The notes beneath the pieces were generated by a model, which was not told where the DNA came from, did not search any database, and was given only the letters and a program-made list of their open reading frames with translations. From Bugula neritina (lineage: Eukaryota; Animalia; Bryozoa), in assembly GCA_964035545.1 (NCBI GenBank), contig OZ037766.1:558001-622000 (forward strand): a DNA stretch of 64,000 nucleotides. Reading direction: 5' to 3'. The position numbers and the translations under genes are program-made. Shown here one piece after another: positions 11,601-26,600 of this stretch (the first letter of the stretch is position 1; each line of letters starts with the position of its first letter).

Positions 11601-14600
11601 TTCTTTCTTTTGATGCATGGAAACTTACTTTAAATAAGTTTATATTTAAAAACTTCTTCTGCCGAAAATAGTACATAAAAACATGTTAGACAGATCTTAT
11701 ATAATATATTCTATGCAACTGTAAAACAAGAATTGGAACCAGTTCCACAAGTATTTAAATATTTGTTAATTGAGTTGCCAATATAGATATGAATTGATTC
11801 TACTATAAATACATGTAAATCATGTTGCTTTGTGTAAATAGGGAGTTGTGCTCTCAGTTTTATAAGCTGCATGATCTGATAATATCTCCAAAACAACAAA
11901 TTTCCAAGTAGAGTTGACAGCATATTTGTGGCAGCATTAAAGACTCCTTCCACCAGTTGTAATCAGCTCATTATATAATACTGTTTTACTTTCTCGCTCT
12001 GTCTGCCATCTGTTTGTTGATTCAACTCATTTACTTGTAGTTGTGGTGAGTAGGTTGATTATGTAATAGCCAACTCCCTGATTAGGAATGTACACAGTTA
12101 CTGAATATCACTTTTTAATAAGCACAGCTCTCTCTTATGTCTTGTTTTTAGTAGGAAATGTTATTTTGTTGGGCCTTGCATGTGCAGATTGTTGGAGGGG
12201 TTATTTTTGTATATGGAGACAAGGTCTAGTCAAAAGCGAAGGGCTACTCAATCATAGTGCAAGCTTAAAAGCAATATTGTATGAAATAGTCTAGTGCAAT
12301 GCAATGTAAGGTTGATAGTTGCTGAGCTTTAGAGTTACTTGATGTACTTCGAACTGAATAAATAGGCTAACTATATACTCATTTGAATGAAAATACTATT
12401 TTCTTCTTTAAAAAGGTGTGGACCACTCAAGGAATTTGTTTAGGGGACAAGACAATTAAAATCTGAACTACATAGACTTAGCTCCAAAAAATAATAGCAA
12501 CAAGTTCCTAAGCAAAGAAAAAAACAGTTTTATATACTGAACTCTATGCATACGTTTCATGTTATTATACTAGCAGAATTGTAGGGGGAGTTGATACGAG
12601 TTCCCATTGGACTTAGTTTAGTACTCCAACTCTTGTGGTTCTATCCTAAGCTTGAAAAGCTTTTGGTATTAGTAAAAGTGTTTCAGTCATACAGTTGCCT
12701 CACCATCATCTAAGGCCACTGTGATCTCAAATTATCAGTCAAAACAATATTTCAACGGCTTCGCAATTTCCCCCTCTAAGTTGTGGAAAGTATCACTAGT
12801 TAATAAGTAGTAGTTGTCCAATAAATCTCATTCTATACCCAAAAACCTAAGCTGAAAGTTATAAACTTGAGCTAAGTAAGATCTACACTTTTTAAGTTCG
12901 TCAATTTACAACATGCAACTACAATCCAGTCTATCAATCTCATGACTGCAGCCTGAAGAGCAGATACAAGCTGTATTATAATCTAATCAACATTCTTGCT
13001 GATGGAGAGGTTTTTTCCAGTAAATTGAAATACAGCTAAACTACTGAACTATTGTATACATTTCAACAATATATTTTATATGTAAATTATATATCAATAA
13101 TAAAATCATTTTTATAAAATAGCATACCTTTACAAATCTCATTTACATAATCATACTTTGGCAATATACACGTAAATATAAAATTTTAATTCATTTATTT
13201 ACAGTATTTATTTACTAAAGCTGTAACAATTTCATGGAGAAATATTAGGGGAATGTGTATTTTGATTGTCATGCTGTGGTGGGTGTTGGTGGCAGGACTT
13301 AACAGTCTGCATCAGTTTGATTCTCAGATCAGGTCTGTAGCTGATTGGCACACTCTCCATCATCTGAGCCAATGAGACGCAGAAGTGGTACTCTGACAGG
13401 CTCTCAGCTGGAATGGCAAAGTCTTTGAAGGACACGTTAATATTTACATCTTGAGTAGAACTGGCCCGAGATTTCTTTGCTCTAGGTTCAGAGTCTGCGT
13501 CATCATTACCTACGACAGTGTCTGATGCAGGGGGACTGGAGTTGGATACGCTAGTTGCAACTGGTAGTCTGATGTTCTGTACAAGGTGGCTAAGTTGGTG
13601 CTGCTGGTGCTGGTGGTGAGCCTGAGCTATGCTGTTTGACCACATGGCAAAGAGAGGGTTGGATGCAAAAGATCCCGGAGCTACTGGCCTGTTGAGAAAT
13701 CCTGGATAGTTAGGGGGCGGAGCTAAGGGCTTAAATGAACTGCCATTTTGATCTGGTTTCTCTACTTCTTGTGGAGGCCAACTGTTGAGATTTTGTAGCC
13801 TGGAATCTAGTTCACTTTTTACTACTGCTAAGTCTGAGTTACTGGGGGGTGTGGAGAGAGCTCGTATTAGGTTTGAGTCTTGAGGGCATCCCTGCAAGTC
13901 CTCCTCGTCCATGTTCAGGCTGCTGTTTCTGTCTGCACCACTGACAGGTAGTCTGAGATGAGTTGACAGAAACTCCATGGATTCATAGTGCTGCCAGCTG
14001 GATTTACTTTCTCTACCAGTCACTTTGGACTCATCTTGAAGTCGTCTCCTCTCCTTGACATACTTATCTCTGAGATATCTCCATTTCTTCTCACACTCCG
14101 TCACTAGAATGTAGAATACAAGAGGTTATCACTTTAGTTACTCTTAGCTTGAATAGAATATCTTATAAGAATGTTATTGTCAACCGGAAGTCATATACTG
14201 TACTGAGCAACTGTAGTATTAGTTGACAAGTAAAAGATGTTTATTACTTATACATTAGCTTTTTTCTCTAGAGGTAAATAAACAAGCTTGTTGTTGTCCA
14301 TTGGTTCAATCAGCGGAAACATTTAGTGCATTTGTTTGGCAATATTTTCCAAAAGCAACATAATCAGTGACTTGTGTGAGGAATAGTTGGAGCTTAGTGT
14401 TGTCTAGACCAGTGCTTTGTCTAGAAATAGATTCCCACGGCAACTGGAATACTGATCAACAGGCAGCCTCTCGCATGCAAACTAACTACAGTTTTATTGT
14501 CTTTGTTGTATCAGCAATCACGTGATAAAGTGATGTAACTGAACGAAGCAAAGGCGCTGAATTATTAGTGCAAATATTCAACCCTGTTATCAGCAAATGG

Positions 14601-17600
14601 ATTATTATTTGTGTCAGTGACAATAGCTTTAACCAATGAACATTCTGAAAGCAATAAACAAAGGCATAACTTCCCTTGATCGCCATTTAACAACAACACG
14701 ATAGCTGGTCTACACACCACACCATCGAAATAAAACTTGTATTTCAATAGCTTACAAATTACCAAATAGCATAGCTAGCCCTCTTCTACTACTTCAAGCT
14801 GGGCATGATCACTATCCTCTAAATTGTTTAAGTTTTGTTTTTCCTAGTGTGAGTTGAGCTGCTTTGAAATAAGTTAAATAATTTTTAATAAGGTATTTCT
14901 TCAGGGCCTGATAAACTAAGTTGAAAGTTTTCAACTCAACATTTTTCTTGAAAGTATAAATCAAAAAGACAGACTCCCAAAAGGATTTCCTTAACTTAGG
15001 GCGTTTTCTGCTTTAATTATTAAAATAATGTTACATTTTATACCCAAAGAAAATTCAGTTCTTTTTTGTTGGGGAAGTGTGATTAACCCCCTCACTCTAA
15101 ACTCAGACTAATTTTATCTAAAACTCAAACTACTGACTCTGGGAACAAGTCAAATGCACAAAAAATGTTTCATTGAAAATTTGAACTTGAAAATAAATTA
15201 GTTGAAATCAGAAGTCTTTTAATACTACAAAAAAAAACTACAAAAGTTATTGAAAGAACTTCGGATACAACTACCAGTTGGTCAGTAGTTTTCAAAAAGA
15301 TGTAAACTTCATAACAACTATGATTAGCTGTATGATTGTTTGTAGTTCAGAAGTAAACAGTTCAACATTATTCAGCTTAAAGCTGTTGAATTACTATTAT
15401 TATTGTTAATTTTGTGTTATTCTGATTAGCTATACATACACCAAAACTCTGCTAGCTGTAGCTGATACAGCAAACTAAATTTATAAACAATTAATAAACT
15501 TGCCTTTTAACCGGATTTTACTAAATAAAGTAATCATTCCAAACTCACCAGTTCTGTTCAGTTTCTCGGCAATAATTCTCCAAGCCTTTTCTCTGGGGAT
15601 GATTCCTTTGAACATCTTCTTGTCTGCTGCGTACAGAACAGGGAGAGCTTCCACCAGCTCTATCAGCAGAGTGATCTGTTTGTTGCTGAAGAGATCCGAG
15701 CTGCCAGTACTCCACATGCTCTGTGCTGCAGCCTGTGGTGATCTCACCACTGCTGACTGGGTGATGCTGAAGTTGGTACCGTTCATTGTGGCAGCTAGTA
15801 GCTGTGTTACTTCAGCTGGTTCTCACTGCAGGATAAAGTCACTGTCGTTGAAACCGGATTCCTTGCTTGCGGTGATGGCTTTACCAGCTAGGCCACATTC
15901 AACTGACTCATAAACATGTTTTTGATTAATTTATCCGTCTATGCCACAAATTAGTTGATGCGTTTGTATGACCTTTCACATCTTACAAGCTGGCCGGAGT
16001 TTCTATCTTGGATTTATGCTTAACAAGCCGGGAGCCTATTGCACCCAACCTTTTAGCAACCAGTTAACTTCGCGCAGAAATTGTTGTAAGTTCACGCATT
16101 GTGATGGGGATATAATTTGACTCTTTACAGCGGAATACGGCAAGTCATCCAATCGACTCCGTAATCACTATCATAATGTATTAGAATACTCGAATCCTTT
16201 GTTCCGATTGCACAACGGATTGGCTTATGCAGCCGTGTTTTTGTTTACAAGCTGCAATTAACATCTTTAAACAGCCAGCTCGACAGCCAACTGGTGCTCT
16301 TAAGATTTCATTGAAAGTTCTAATGACTATCTGTGAATTCTTATCCATTCATGTTTTCAATAGTAGTTTGGAAACCTTCAGCTTACTATATAAACATTTC
16401 CATTTCTTTGACTCTAACTGCTTTTCACAAAGCTAAATCATAATTTATTTTTCTAAAATTTCAAGCCAATAATTTAGCTGAAAGAAATTTTAAAAAAAAG
16501 TTCAATATTGCCGAAGGAGATAAATGATAAAAGTCATCAAGTCCAATCTATCATTCTCAAGAGCTTTTCAATGTCACATGGCCTTCGTTAATTTAATTTA
16601 TTAAAAGTCTTGAACCATGATATGATATGACCTCGCATATAGAGTGTGTAATCCAGGCTGCTTCTAGCCACATTCGCTGCTCTTTGGATGTACTCTAACT
16701 ATTACTCTGGCTATTACTCATAACAGCTATTTTCATGCCTTTAATAAAATATGTTTGACATTTAAACATTTTACTAGGTAGCTGCTATTGCATAATTATA
16801 ATTAATCTAAATATAACTATAATATTTTAAATTCATACAATATGCCTAGAAATATATTTTATTGTATTTAGTTTATCTGGAGTATAATGCTGCCATGTAT
16901 CTAGGGTATGCTGCTGCTATCATGTCAAAATGTGACTGGCTGCAATCATAACATTTTATTACTGGTCAAATCTTGATTTTGTTGTAAGGTACCTGGTAAT
17001 TATCTGCCTTTGATAATTTATTTATGGTTTTTCAAGTGGCAAATGTTAAACTCATTAATTGTTGTGTAAGGCTCCCCCAGATACCCATTGGCTTGGTAAT
17101 GAGTCATTGGTCAATTTGGTCTCTCTCTCTGTAGCTCTCTCTGTAGCTCTCTGTGTAGCTCTCTGTAGCTCTCTGTGTAGCTCTCTCTTTCTCTCTCTCA
17201 CTGTAGCTCTCTGTAGCTCTCTCTGTGTAGCTCTCTGTAGCTCACTGTAGCTCTCTCTGTGTAGCTCTCTGTGTAGCTCTCTGTGTAGCTCACTGTAGCT
17301 CTCTGTAGCTCTCTGTGTAGCTCTCTGTAGCTCTCTGTAGCTCACTGTAGCTCTCTCTGTGTAGCTCTCTGTGTAGCTCTCTGTGTAGCTCTCTGTGTAG
17401 CTCACTGTAGCTCTCTGTAGCTCTCTGTGTAGCTCTCTGTGTAGCTCTCTGTAGCTCTCTGTGTAGCTCTCTGTGTAGCTCTCTCTGTAGCTCTCTCTAT
17501 TCCTCACAGGTGAACAGAAGAATCACATCTCTGAGAGTGTGTGGTAACCAGCTGGGACATGAAGGGGCCTCTTATATTTGTGAGATGCTGCTGGAGAATG

Positions 17601-20600
17601 ACTGCATCACTCACCTGGTAAGTGAACTATGGTCACTATTTATTACTCACTATTTATTAGTCACTATTTATTAGTCACTATTTAATAGTCACTATTTAAT
17701 AGTCACTATTTAGCGGTGACTATAAATTTACTGGTGCCTACTTTATTACAAGGCAACTATAAACTACCCAAATTATTTAATTTGGTGTGAATGTCTAACT
17801 GCTGTATATCTACTGTACTATATTTTCCCTGTCTACCAGTTCTTAATCACTTCTTTCTACACTCAAATTGTGTCTCACTAGAAGACATGGGCTACTCACT
17901 ATGTGTGGTCAACTACTAACTGGACATCACTATCAGTTTAGTGGTCATCAACTTACATACTGACCATTTCACAATGCAGGAGGAATATTTTTGTAGCAGC
18001 CTAAATAAACACCTATTCAGCTACTTTCTATGTGTTCGGTGATGGCTTATGTCAACACATTCAAATACTTTCCAATCTTAACATGGCCTCCAGCAGTTTT
18101 ATTGTACTCTCACCTTTTTATTATACATAACACCACAGTATTTACATTTCCTGTAATCAGTTGTTACAATATTATGTCTCAGAAAGTTGCTTTCCACATT
18201 AAAATACTAAAATCAGATTAGAAAAATGAAATAGGCCTATCTATGTTTGCTTTTCAATTAGTTTGTTTCATATGACAGATATACATATTACCTCTTCTTA
18301 AAAATGTAAATTGATTTATAATTAAATTTCAGGACTTTTTAGAGTAATTCTGAATTTACTTAATTTTATATTTGAAAGTTATATTAAAGATGCTGTAAAG
18401 GACAACTATGTACAACAACAAAACCTTAAATTGAATTTTTTTTAGTTACCTATGGCTGTTATTTTAATTTTCAAAATAATTCAAAACTCAATCAAATTTA
18501 TGACTTATAGTTACTTTATTAAAAAAAACTGCTAATAGTTCTCACTTCAAGATTCTAATTGTAGTCAATATTGTGAGATAGATTGTTTGAAAATTAATAT
18601 CAAAATGTGTGAACGCTTCTTTATGTTTGAAACTTTATGAAAAGCTCATTAGAAAGAATTTGCTTTGAGACTATGTACAGACAGACAAATAGATGGTAGC
18701 TCTCACACAACGTAATATATACCTGTAAACAAAACTGTAGTTCATAATGTCTTATATTTTTGGTTGTGGCAAATTGATTCAGTCGATCAACTAGTTATAC
18801 TGTATGTTGTGCTTCAGGACATGGGGGATAACAACATCCGCCATGCTGACGACGTTGCTGAAATGTTACATCACAATACCACTATTACCAACTTTGTTCT
18901 ATCCGAGAACAATTTCTCAGATAAAGATGCAGCTTTGTTAGCTCAGGTTATAGAGGTGAGAGGGGACACAACTGCTAAATATTTATTTATTGCATAAAAG
19001 AGTTGCAATAATAATATACTTTTATTTTAATAAGGTTAGTTTAATAAAGTGTTTGTATGATTAGTTGTTCAAATATTTGTTGAAAGTTGTCAAGGTGTTG
19101 AGATAATGTCACCAAACATGTAGTTTGTTTGTCACCTCCCAACAATAAATATATCAATGATAGGCTATATAGCATTTAAATGGTGTTGCATGTATTATTA
19201 TCCATATTATTATTATTGCAACTTGGCATATTGTATTTATTTAGTCTTAAAATATTTACATAACTGCTTTAATATTACATAGTACTATTGAAATGTAGTT
19301 GAAGCTTAGTCTGGCATTATGGAAGAAACATCATATCTCTGTTTCACATGAGACCTATAAGTTACACTTATTTAAAGTGAAGTAGTAGGCTAACTTGAGT
19401 AACTGTGTGACTTTAAAGGTTTCTTTCATGCTTTTTCAATATTATACAATTGTCTTATTGTATTTTAAAATGCTGGTAATTTTTTATTGTGGAAATTATT
19501 ATCATTTTTCTGATATTTTAAACTGAATTTTTAATTTAAATCTAGGCTCATCCTTCCTTAACAGAAGTTGATTTGAGTTCGAATAACTTTGGCTCCACAG
19601 GAGGGCTGCATCTGAGGAGAATGATTTGTGAGTATACAATACTCTGTAACCCAACGTACCAATAAACATAACTTCTGCAGATGGTACTTGAATGTATGCA
19701 GATGGTCTTTTATTGCATAATTCTATTTTGTACATTGCAGTAAAGATTTAGACATTTAGTAAGCAGTGCGAGTATGCTTTAATTACATGTGTGAATTACT
19801 ATAGTATTAGTAATCTATGATTTGAACTAAGCATCCATTTATTGATTGCAAGCCTGAACATTCTAGAATAAAATATTAAAGCATCTCAACTTATTTGTCA
19901 AAATAGCAACAGCGCTGTCCCTTGGTTAGACAAGCTTTTCAAAAATAAAATCGAATGAAGTTACTATTCTAAATATTTGTGAATTATTTTTATAATATCT
20001 ATTTACTGTATAGTATTATATTCCTTCATCAAACAGTTGTTAGAAAATCTGACCATGATTTACAAATTTACTCTTTTTGAAATTCTTTTGCATGTTGTCT
20101 GTTGAAAAAATAGGCTGGCAGTTCAACTTTGCTAACTTTTATTGAATATGACATTATTCAAAACATGTTTTCAATTTTTTGCTAGTGTCAATCAAACTGC
20201 ATGCACTTAGCTATGTTCATGCAGTGTTCCAAGTTCTGGTGCAGTTTTTCAGTTTATTGAGCAAAAAGTGTAGGTTCTGTGGTAGTACTGAGTGCAGTGA
20301 TAGTGTGACAAGTGAGAGTGTGACAAGTGAGGGAGAAAGTTCTGGAAACAGTGGACAGCTAGTCTGTAAGCTGGTCATTCATTCTCTATCATCTCATTGT
20401 TTTGTCTCCCAACTCAAACCACAACGTTATGTCATTGTTTAGTCATTACATAACATGAAAACAAAAATACAGTCTAATAGGAAAACCAAAAGTTCTGGGC
20501 AAGTGCATCACTTGTTGCTGATTTCTGATTAATTACCTGATTACATAACACCCTTAGTCACATAACTTTACCTTCTTCTACACACCTCTTCAGTCATAAC

Positions 20601-23600
20601 AATCAAAAGCTACAAAAATAATATCCTAAGCTTGTTTGACTACCACATAGTATGGGGTGTGCTTTGAAAACAGAGGCATGTTTGCTCAGAGAGCCTCTTT
20701 CTGTTGTGCCACTCCCTTTCATGAATTTCATGAATTTCAGCGGAGAGCACAAACTTGGTGGAACTCAACTTGAGCTGGAATAAAATCAGGGGAGAAGGAG
20801 CGCTGGCCGTGGCGGAGGCCATACGAGATAACGTCGGCATGAAAATCATCCACTTGGAATGGAATGGGTAAATATTTTATAGTAACTATTATATAAACTT
20901 GCTTGCGTATTTTGTAATTTAGAAATTATGTATTGGCGATGTTGTTGGTTTATATTCAACACGCATTACATTGAATAGCATAAAGTCAAACAATGGAAAA
21001 ATTAGTGGCTGAAAGCTGCAGTAAATTATTGAAAATAATGTGTTTTGGATGTTTTAGACATTTTATTTTTAATTAGAAAATATTAAGTTTATACAATAAA
21101 ATAATCAACTTCATGTCAAAAATAAATTATTCTGCGTGTATTTTAAATTTTTGTTTTGCGTAAGCAGCTTCTATCCTAGCAATTATATGTTTGAGTTGCA
21201 AGTAAAAAATATTGTTATAACTAAAATTTATTTCTCTTAATTCTTGAGTTTAAAAGAAATATACTTATGGCTATATGGCTACAGTGGTGAAGTACGTATT
21301 GAATATATCATGCTATGCATGTATATAATTGTTATGTCAATCAAACATTTCATAAAAGTTTATTATAGAGCAAAAATAGTGAACAGAAAAATTCTAGCAA
21401 GAATATTATTTTGCTGATATATACACAAATTCTATAACACTTAAAGTTGAGTTACCTTGGTGTAGTTTATTTACCTTTACCACATCACAGTATTCAAGGT
21501 TGAAGGTCATAAAAGTAGCTGGAAGTACATAATATCACTTGCCCATGTAAACATGTCTGAATTATTACTTGTTAGTCTTTATCCTCAGATTTAATCTTTA
21601 GATATAACACTATTTATCCTTTTAATGGTTATATTGCTGTTAGAAGTTATTTTTTAAATTACCAAATCTAGAACATATAGCAAAATACTCCCGTGTACTC
21701 TTGAAAAGTAATTGTAGCCACCTTTTGGGTATCAAATATTTTTAAAAAAAATTATTTTAGCTGCGTAAATATTGGAGCCGTACTGATATTGTTAGGCAGA
21801 GTGGAGTAACAACTATTAACAGAGTTTTTAATACTCATTACTCGTTTTAAGCCACCAAAAAAATTTATAAACCAATTTAAAACTACATTTTATTATAAAA
21901 ATCTTTTCAGTATTAAACTTAGGGTTAATATTATTATTTTTTGTCTATAAGTTTTGAGATTTTTTTCAAATAAAAATTGCAAAATTTATCATAAAAACTG
22001 TTTTAATTTATTAAGCTGAACCAAGGTTCCAAAAGCAGGAAAAACTCTGCTTTGACCAAAATAATATTTTTAGGTATTAAAATTTCCTAAAATAATTTTT
22101 TTAAGTAATCTTATGTTTTACATATTACATATTTTATTATTTGAATCATTGAATTTATTGTGTTTCATGCAGTCTATATAGATGTCTGCCATGCAATCTG
22201 CATGGCCAGTTACTTGAGGGTTTTAGCTATGCATTCCATGCTGCCATAGTAGAAGGTTCTTTCTTCTATTAATTTCATGCTTTCACCTACATATTATTAA
22301 GTCTCCCCAGTTTAAAAATTGTGTTATTCCCTTCTATAGTTTCACCTCTGAGTATTTAACAATGTAAATAGTTGTGATAACTGGAAGTTTTAAACATTCA
22401 GCTCCTGTATATAAATATTACTGTAAATATTTTGAAACACTTGGCAGTTATAAGAAATATTTTGTTCATCATAAAGCTATTCAAAATTTTACTCATATCT
22501 TCAAATACTAAACACAGTTTTAATAAAAATTTATTTCTTTTCAAGTTTATTTATTGTGCTTTTCAGCTTATGTAATCATAACTGCAAGCTTAAGTTATGC
22601 CAACTCATGTTCTAAGTCTTAAGTTTTAATATATATATATAATATATATTTTTCTTTTATAAAAACCTCATAAAAATTTTTATCATGTCTAGCAAATGAA
22701 ATTTTATTTTTATCCCAAATAAGAAATATTAAGACTATTTGATTGTAAGACACTGCAGCTTGAGAAAATTAAAGCCTAACTTTCATGGTGTGCGGGCATA
22801 CAATAATGGTACCTTTATTTATCTTGTCTGCTGGGTAACCTGGTGGAAATTATTAAAACTTTATTTCTAAGTATTGTTTTCCAATTAGATTATTTAAAAA
22901 ATATAGTATTAATTTGTATAAATTTATAACAAATACAATGTCAAAAATATTAGGAAAAAATTAGAATTCTCCTGAAATATTTTTAAAAAAGTCATTACTA
23001 TGCTCAGATTTTCGAAAAAATTATTTAAGCTATTGTTTCATTTATGTAGCATTTTATATAAATTTTTATTAAAATAAAGAGAGAAATTGCAAACTTATAT
23101 TTAGATTGATATAGATATAATCTAACATTATACAGGTAGACACAAATTGTTAATGTTTACCCCACTTTTTAGTAATGGTCATAGTTTTGTGTCTTTGTTT
23201 TAAGAAATATTATAAAATAATTCTGCTGCAGAAATAATGTAATAAATAAATTTGTTGCCTCTAAGCTTAAATTATTTAATTTGTTAGTCAAACTTAGCTA
23301 AAAAAATCAAATGAAACCTTCCAGAAACTTTTCACCGAGACTTGAGAATTCAATGACCTAGATTATGGTTCTGGTCGAAGCTTGAGATTGAATAACTAGG
23401 AGCAGTAAATGTCAACTTTGTCTTGCCAAAATACATAACGCTGATATGTCAAACCCAACAACCATCATTTATTAAATGGTAAAAGAAAACACGTTTGTAA
23501 CTAGTAACTTAACCGAGACTTGCCGCAGATTTCCCTGGCAGCAGCTTTCTCTGGCAGCGATGTCGTATCCTGAAATGTAAAAAATGCATCTGGGTTAAAG

Positions 23601-26600
23601 AACTTAAAAGTTTATCACACGTTAGAACTCTGCCAGTGGTACAAGTTATAAATACACGAAAGAAATGATGTAGAAAACAAACACTCGGTTGATCAGAACT
23701 TAACCTTTGGCTCCCGACTGTCTGGGAAGTAATTATTTTTATCTTTCTCATTATTCATAATTGAGCTACTGGATCTCGTGATGGAAAAAGGAGATTTTTT
23801 TCAAAAAAACGAACATAGAAAATTTTCTTCATCATAACTATAAATTAATGCAATTTATGTATTAAAATACTTAGTATGTTTTTGCTCTAAAATATACTTT
23901 CAATTTTTCAACTATTCAGCATCTAAAGAGTTTTAATTTTTTTGAGTTGCAAACATATTTACAGCAATTTTTTTGTTTAGAATTTCGAGAAAAAATATTC
24001 TCTGTCTTTCAGATAGAAGCAGAGAAAAAAAAGTTTATCAAGCAGTTTTGTCTATGTGTCAGCTCTGTGAATTCTATGGACTTGGATGAGGAATTTAAAG
24101 TTGTGTTACAGATTTGACAGACAGTCTGGAGCGAAACTAGCGGAGGCAGTGGCTCAGAACAGGACCCTCACAGAACTCAATCTCTACTCAAACCGAATTG
24201 ACTCTCAGTCTTTCCTTGCCATCTGCCAGGCTCTGAAGGATAACGACAATCTACAAACTCTGAAGGTAGGAAAGTGAAGCTCTTTGTAACTTAATTACTA
24301 TAACTCAGTTGAATCTGGTTTCATTACTCCACGTCTTATCTTATGCTTTTAAACTAAATTCAATAACTTCTGCTGATAACCGAATAATTTGGGTTTTCTA
24401 AAATTTTAACTCATGCAAAAAGTTAATTTTCAAACTTTCTTTATTTTCTAGACATCATATAGGTTATATATTTTCTATTGAAATTATTATAAAACATTAG
24501 TTTGCTATTTATGATAATTATATTTTAAATGTTATTCAAACTGCTTTCAATTCGTATTAAGAATTATTATTTCTGCTGATGAACTGTGTAGAAATGGCTA
24601 ATTTAACCACTAAATTCAATGCTGAGAAAAAATATTATTTGGTGAATAAGTAGTTTTCAAATATTTTTTAGTTACTTTCAAATACAATAAGTATTAGAAC
24701 TCCTTTCTGTTAAGAAGCCCACATTACTTGCTCCTTCATCAAAACATGAGACAAGCATGTTTCATGGTTGTCCAGAGAACGTTCTATTAATACCACTAAC
24801 ATGACACACTAACAACTCGCTGCCTTGTAGATCGGCAAGAACTGCATCACAGAAGAAGCTGCTGCTGCCGCTCTAGACTTGCTGAAAACTTATCCCGAGT
24901 TGAAGATAGAAACTGTAGATCTCTCTGTAAGTAACCAATAGCAGCACCTGTAAGTGTTTAGTAGTCAATAGCAGTACCTGTAAGTGTTGAGTAGCCAATA
25001 GCAGCCCTTGTAAGTGTTGAGTAGCCAATAGCAGCACCTGTAAGTGTTGAGTAGCCAATAGTATAGTCTGTTCTAGGGTCTATGAGGCCTAGGTGACAGG
25101 TATAAATTGTATACTAAATTATCATGCAGTGTAGTGCCTTAATAATGATTGAGTAAAAATTTCTGTTGCAATCTTATCAATTACTGATAATAATTTGATA
25201 TTAAATCAACAGATAAAAAATAATCACTAAAAAGTGGGTTTACCTTTATTTGTGTAATGGCCATGATAAACTTGTGTACGGTATAGTAAATATCTCAGAT
25301 TTATATAAAATTATGGACATAAAAATTTTATATTTATTTGTCTGACAACCAAAAACGGCATCGTAATACTAGGAACATCGTAACATTAGGAACGGGGAAA
25401 TTGCATTAAATATTATAACTGCATGCAAGTCTTTGTTCTATTAATATTGACAAAATTTCAATGAAATTAATTTCTCTTCTCATTGCAAGGTCACATGGCA
25501 TATCATGTGATCTGTTAGCTTTCAAGTACCATTTTGTTAAGCTAGTATATTATTATGTGAATAATGAATTGATAACAATTTCAAAAAATATTAGTTTGTA
25601 AAGTATTTTCTTTTCGAAGTAGATGATATAATATTTCAAATGTTGCATCTGGAATATTTTGCTTGTCCGTATGTCCTAAACTGTCTTAATGTAAATAGTG
25701 TATAGTGTATAACCAGGCTGGGCTATAACTGGTGTCTCTCTGTATGGTCACTCTAGTAGTGCTTAATTAACCTACTGCACAAGATAATAATGCGCTATAT
25801 TATTCAGTTAGACTCTGCAATGGCTGCTTTTAAGTTATTTTTATAAAGGATTGGAATATGAACTGAAAGACATCTTCGTTACTATATACTACTTGGGCAT
25901 GTGCAAGTAGATTTTATATTTGAAGCACATAGAAAAGTAGTTTACGGTGACAGCAGTTGCAAGTTGCAAGCTTTAGCTATTAACTGACAATGTGTTTAGT
26001 AAGTTACTAAATAGCATTTCCTGATGTCCTCACAGATCTGTGTAGTGCTTTACAAGTTGCTGACGTGAAATAGATGATATTATCTGTAATCGTGATGAGA
26101 ATTCTTTATGAGTTGTAATATGGTAAGGAGTTGTGTCTCCATGTTGTCTGCATCGCAGATAATTGACAGATATTAGAACATAATTGTGATAATAAAATTT
26201 GTAGCACATAGTAAGGCAGAAATAGCCAATTCCATATTAATAGAGTCTTACTCGTTAGTGCTCAAATAAACTTAGATTGTCTTTTCTGGATATTGTATTG
26301 CCTGACCACTTTCACTTTGGATATTCAATGTTTAGGGATTTTCCACTCAGGGTATTCCACTGGAGGGGGTATTCCTTTTGGGGTATTCTTGTTGAACTTT
26401 CATTACTTTGAAGAAGGAGGTATTTTTGTCTTTTAGGATTTGATATTTTCCGCTGCCTTAGCAGAGAAAGTTAAGGAGGTCAAGGAGATTCACGAGAATT
26501 TCAACTTCATCTACGGCTACACAGATTCTTATGGTGAGAGTTATTCTAACATTCTTAAAGAATATTTTGCCAGTTTCTAAGATTTTGCATAGCTTCATGT

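Noticed and set aside
11711-11953. Possible decayed LINE fragment
   Set aside because: Only a vague resemblance; no diagnostic motif.
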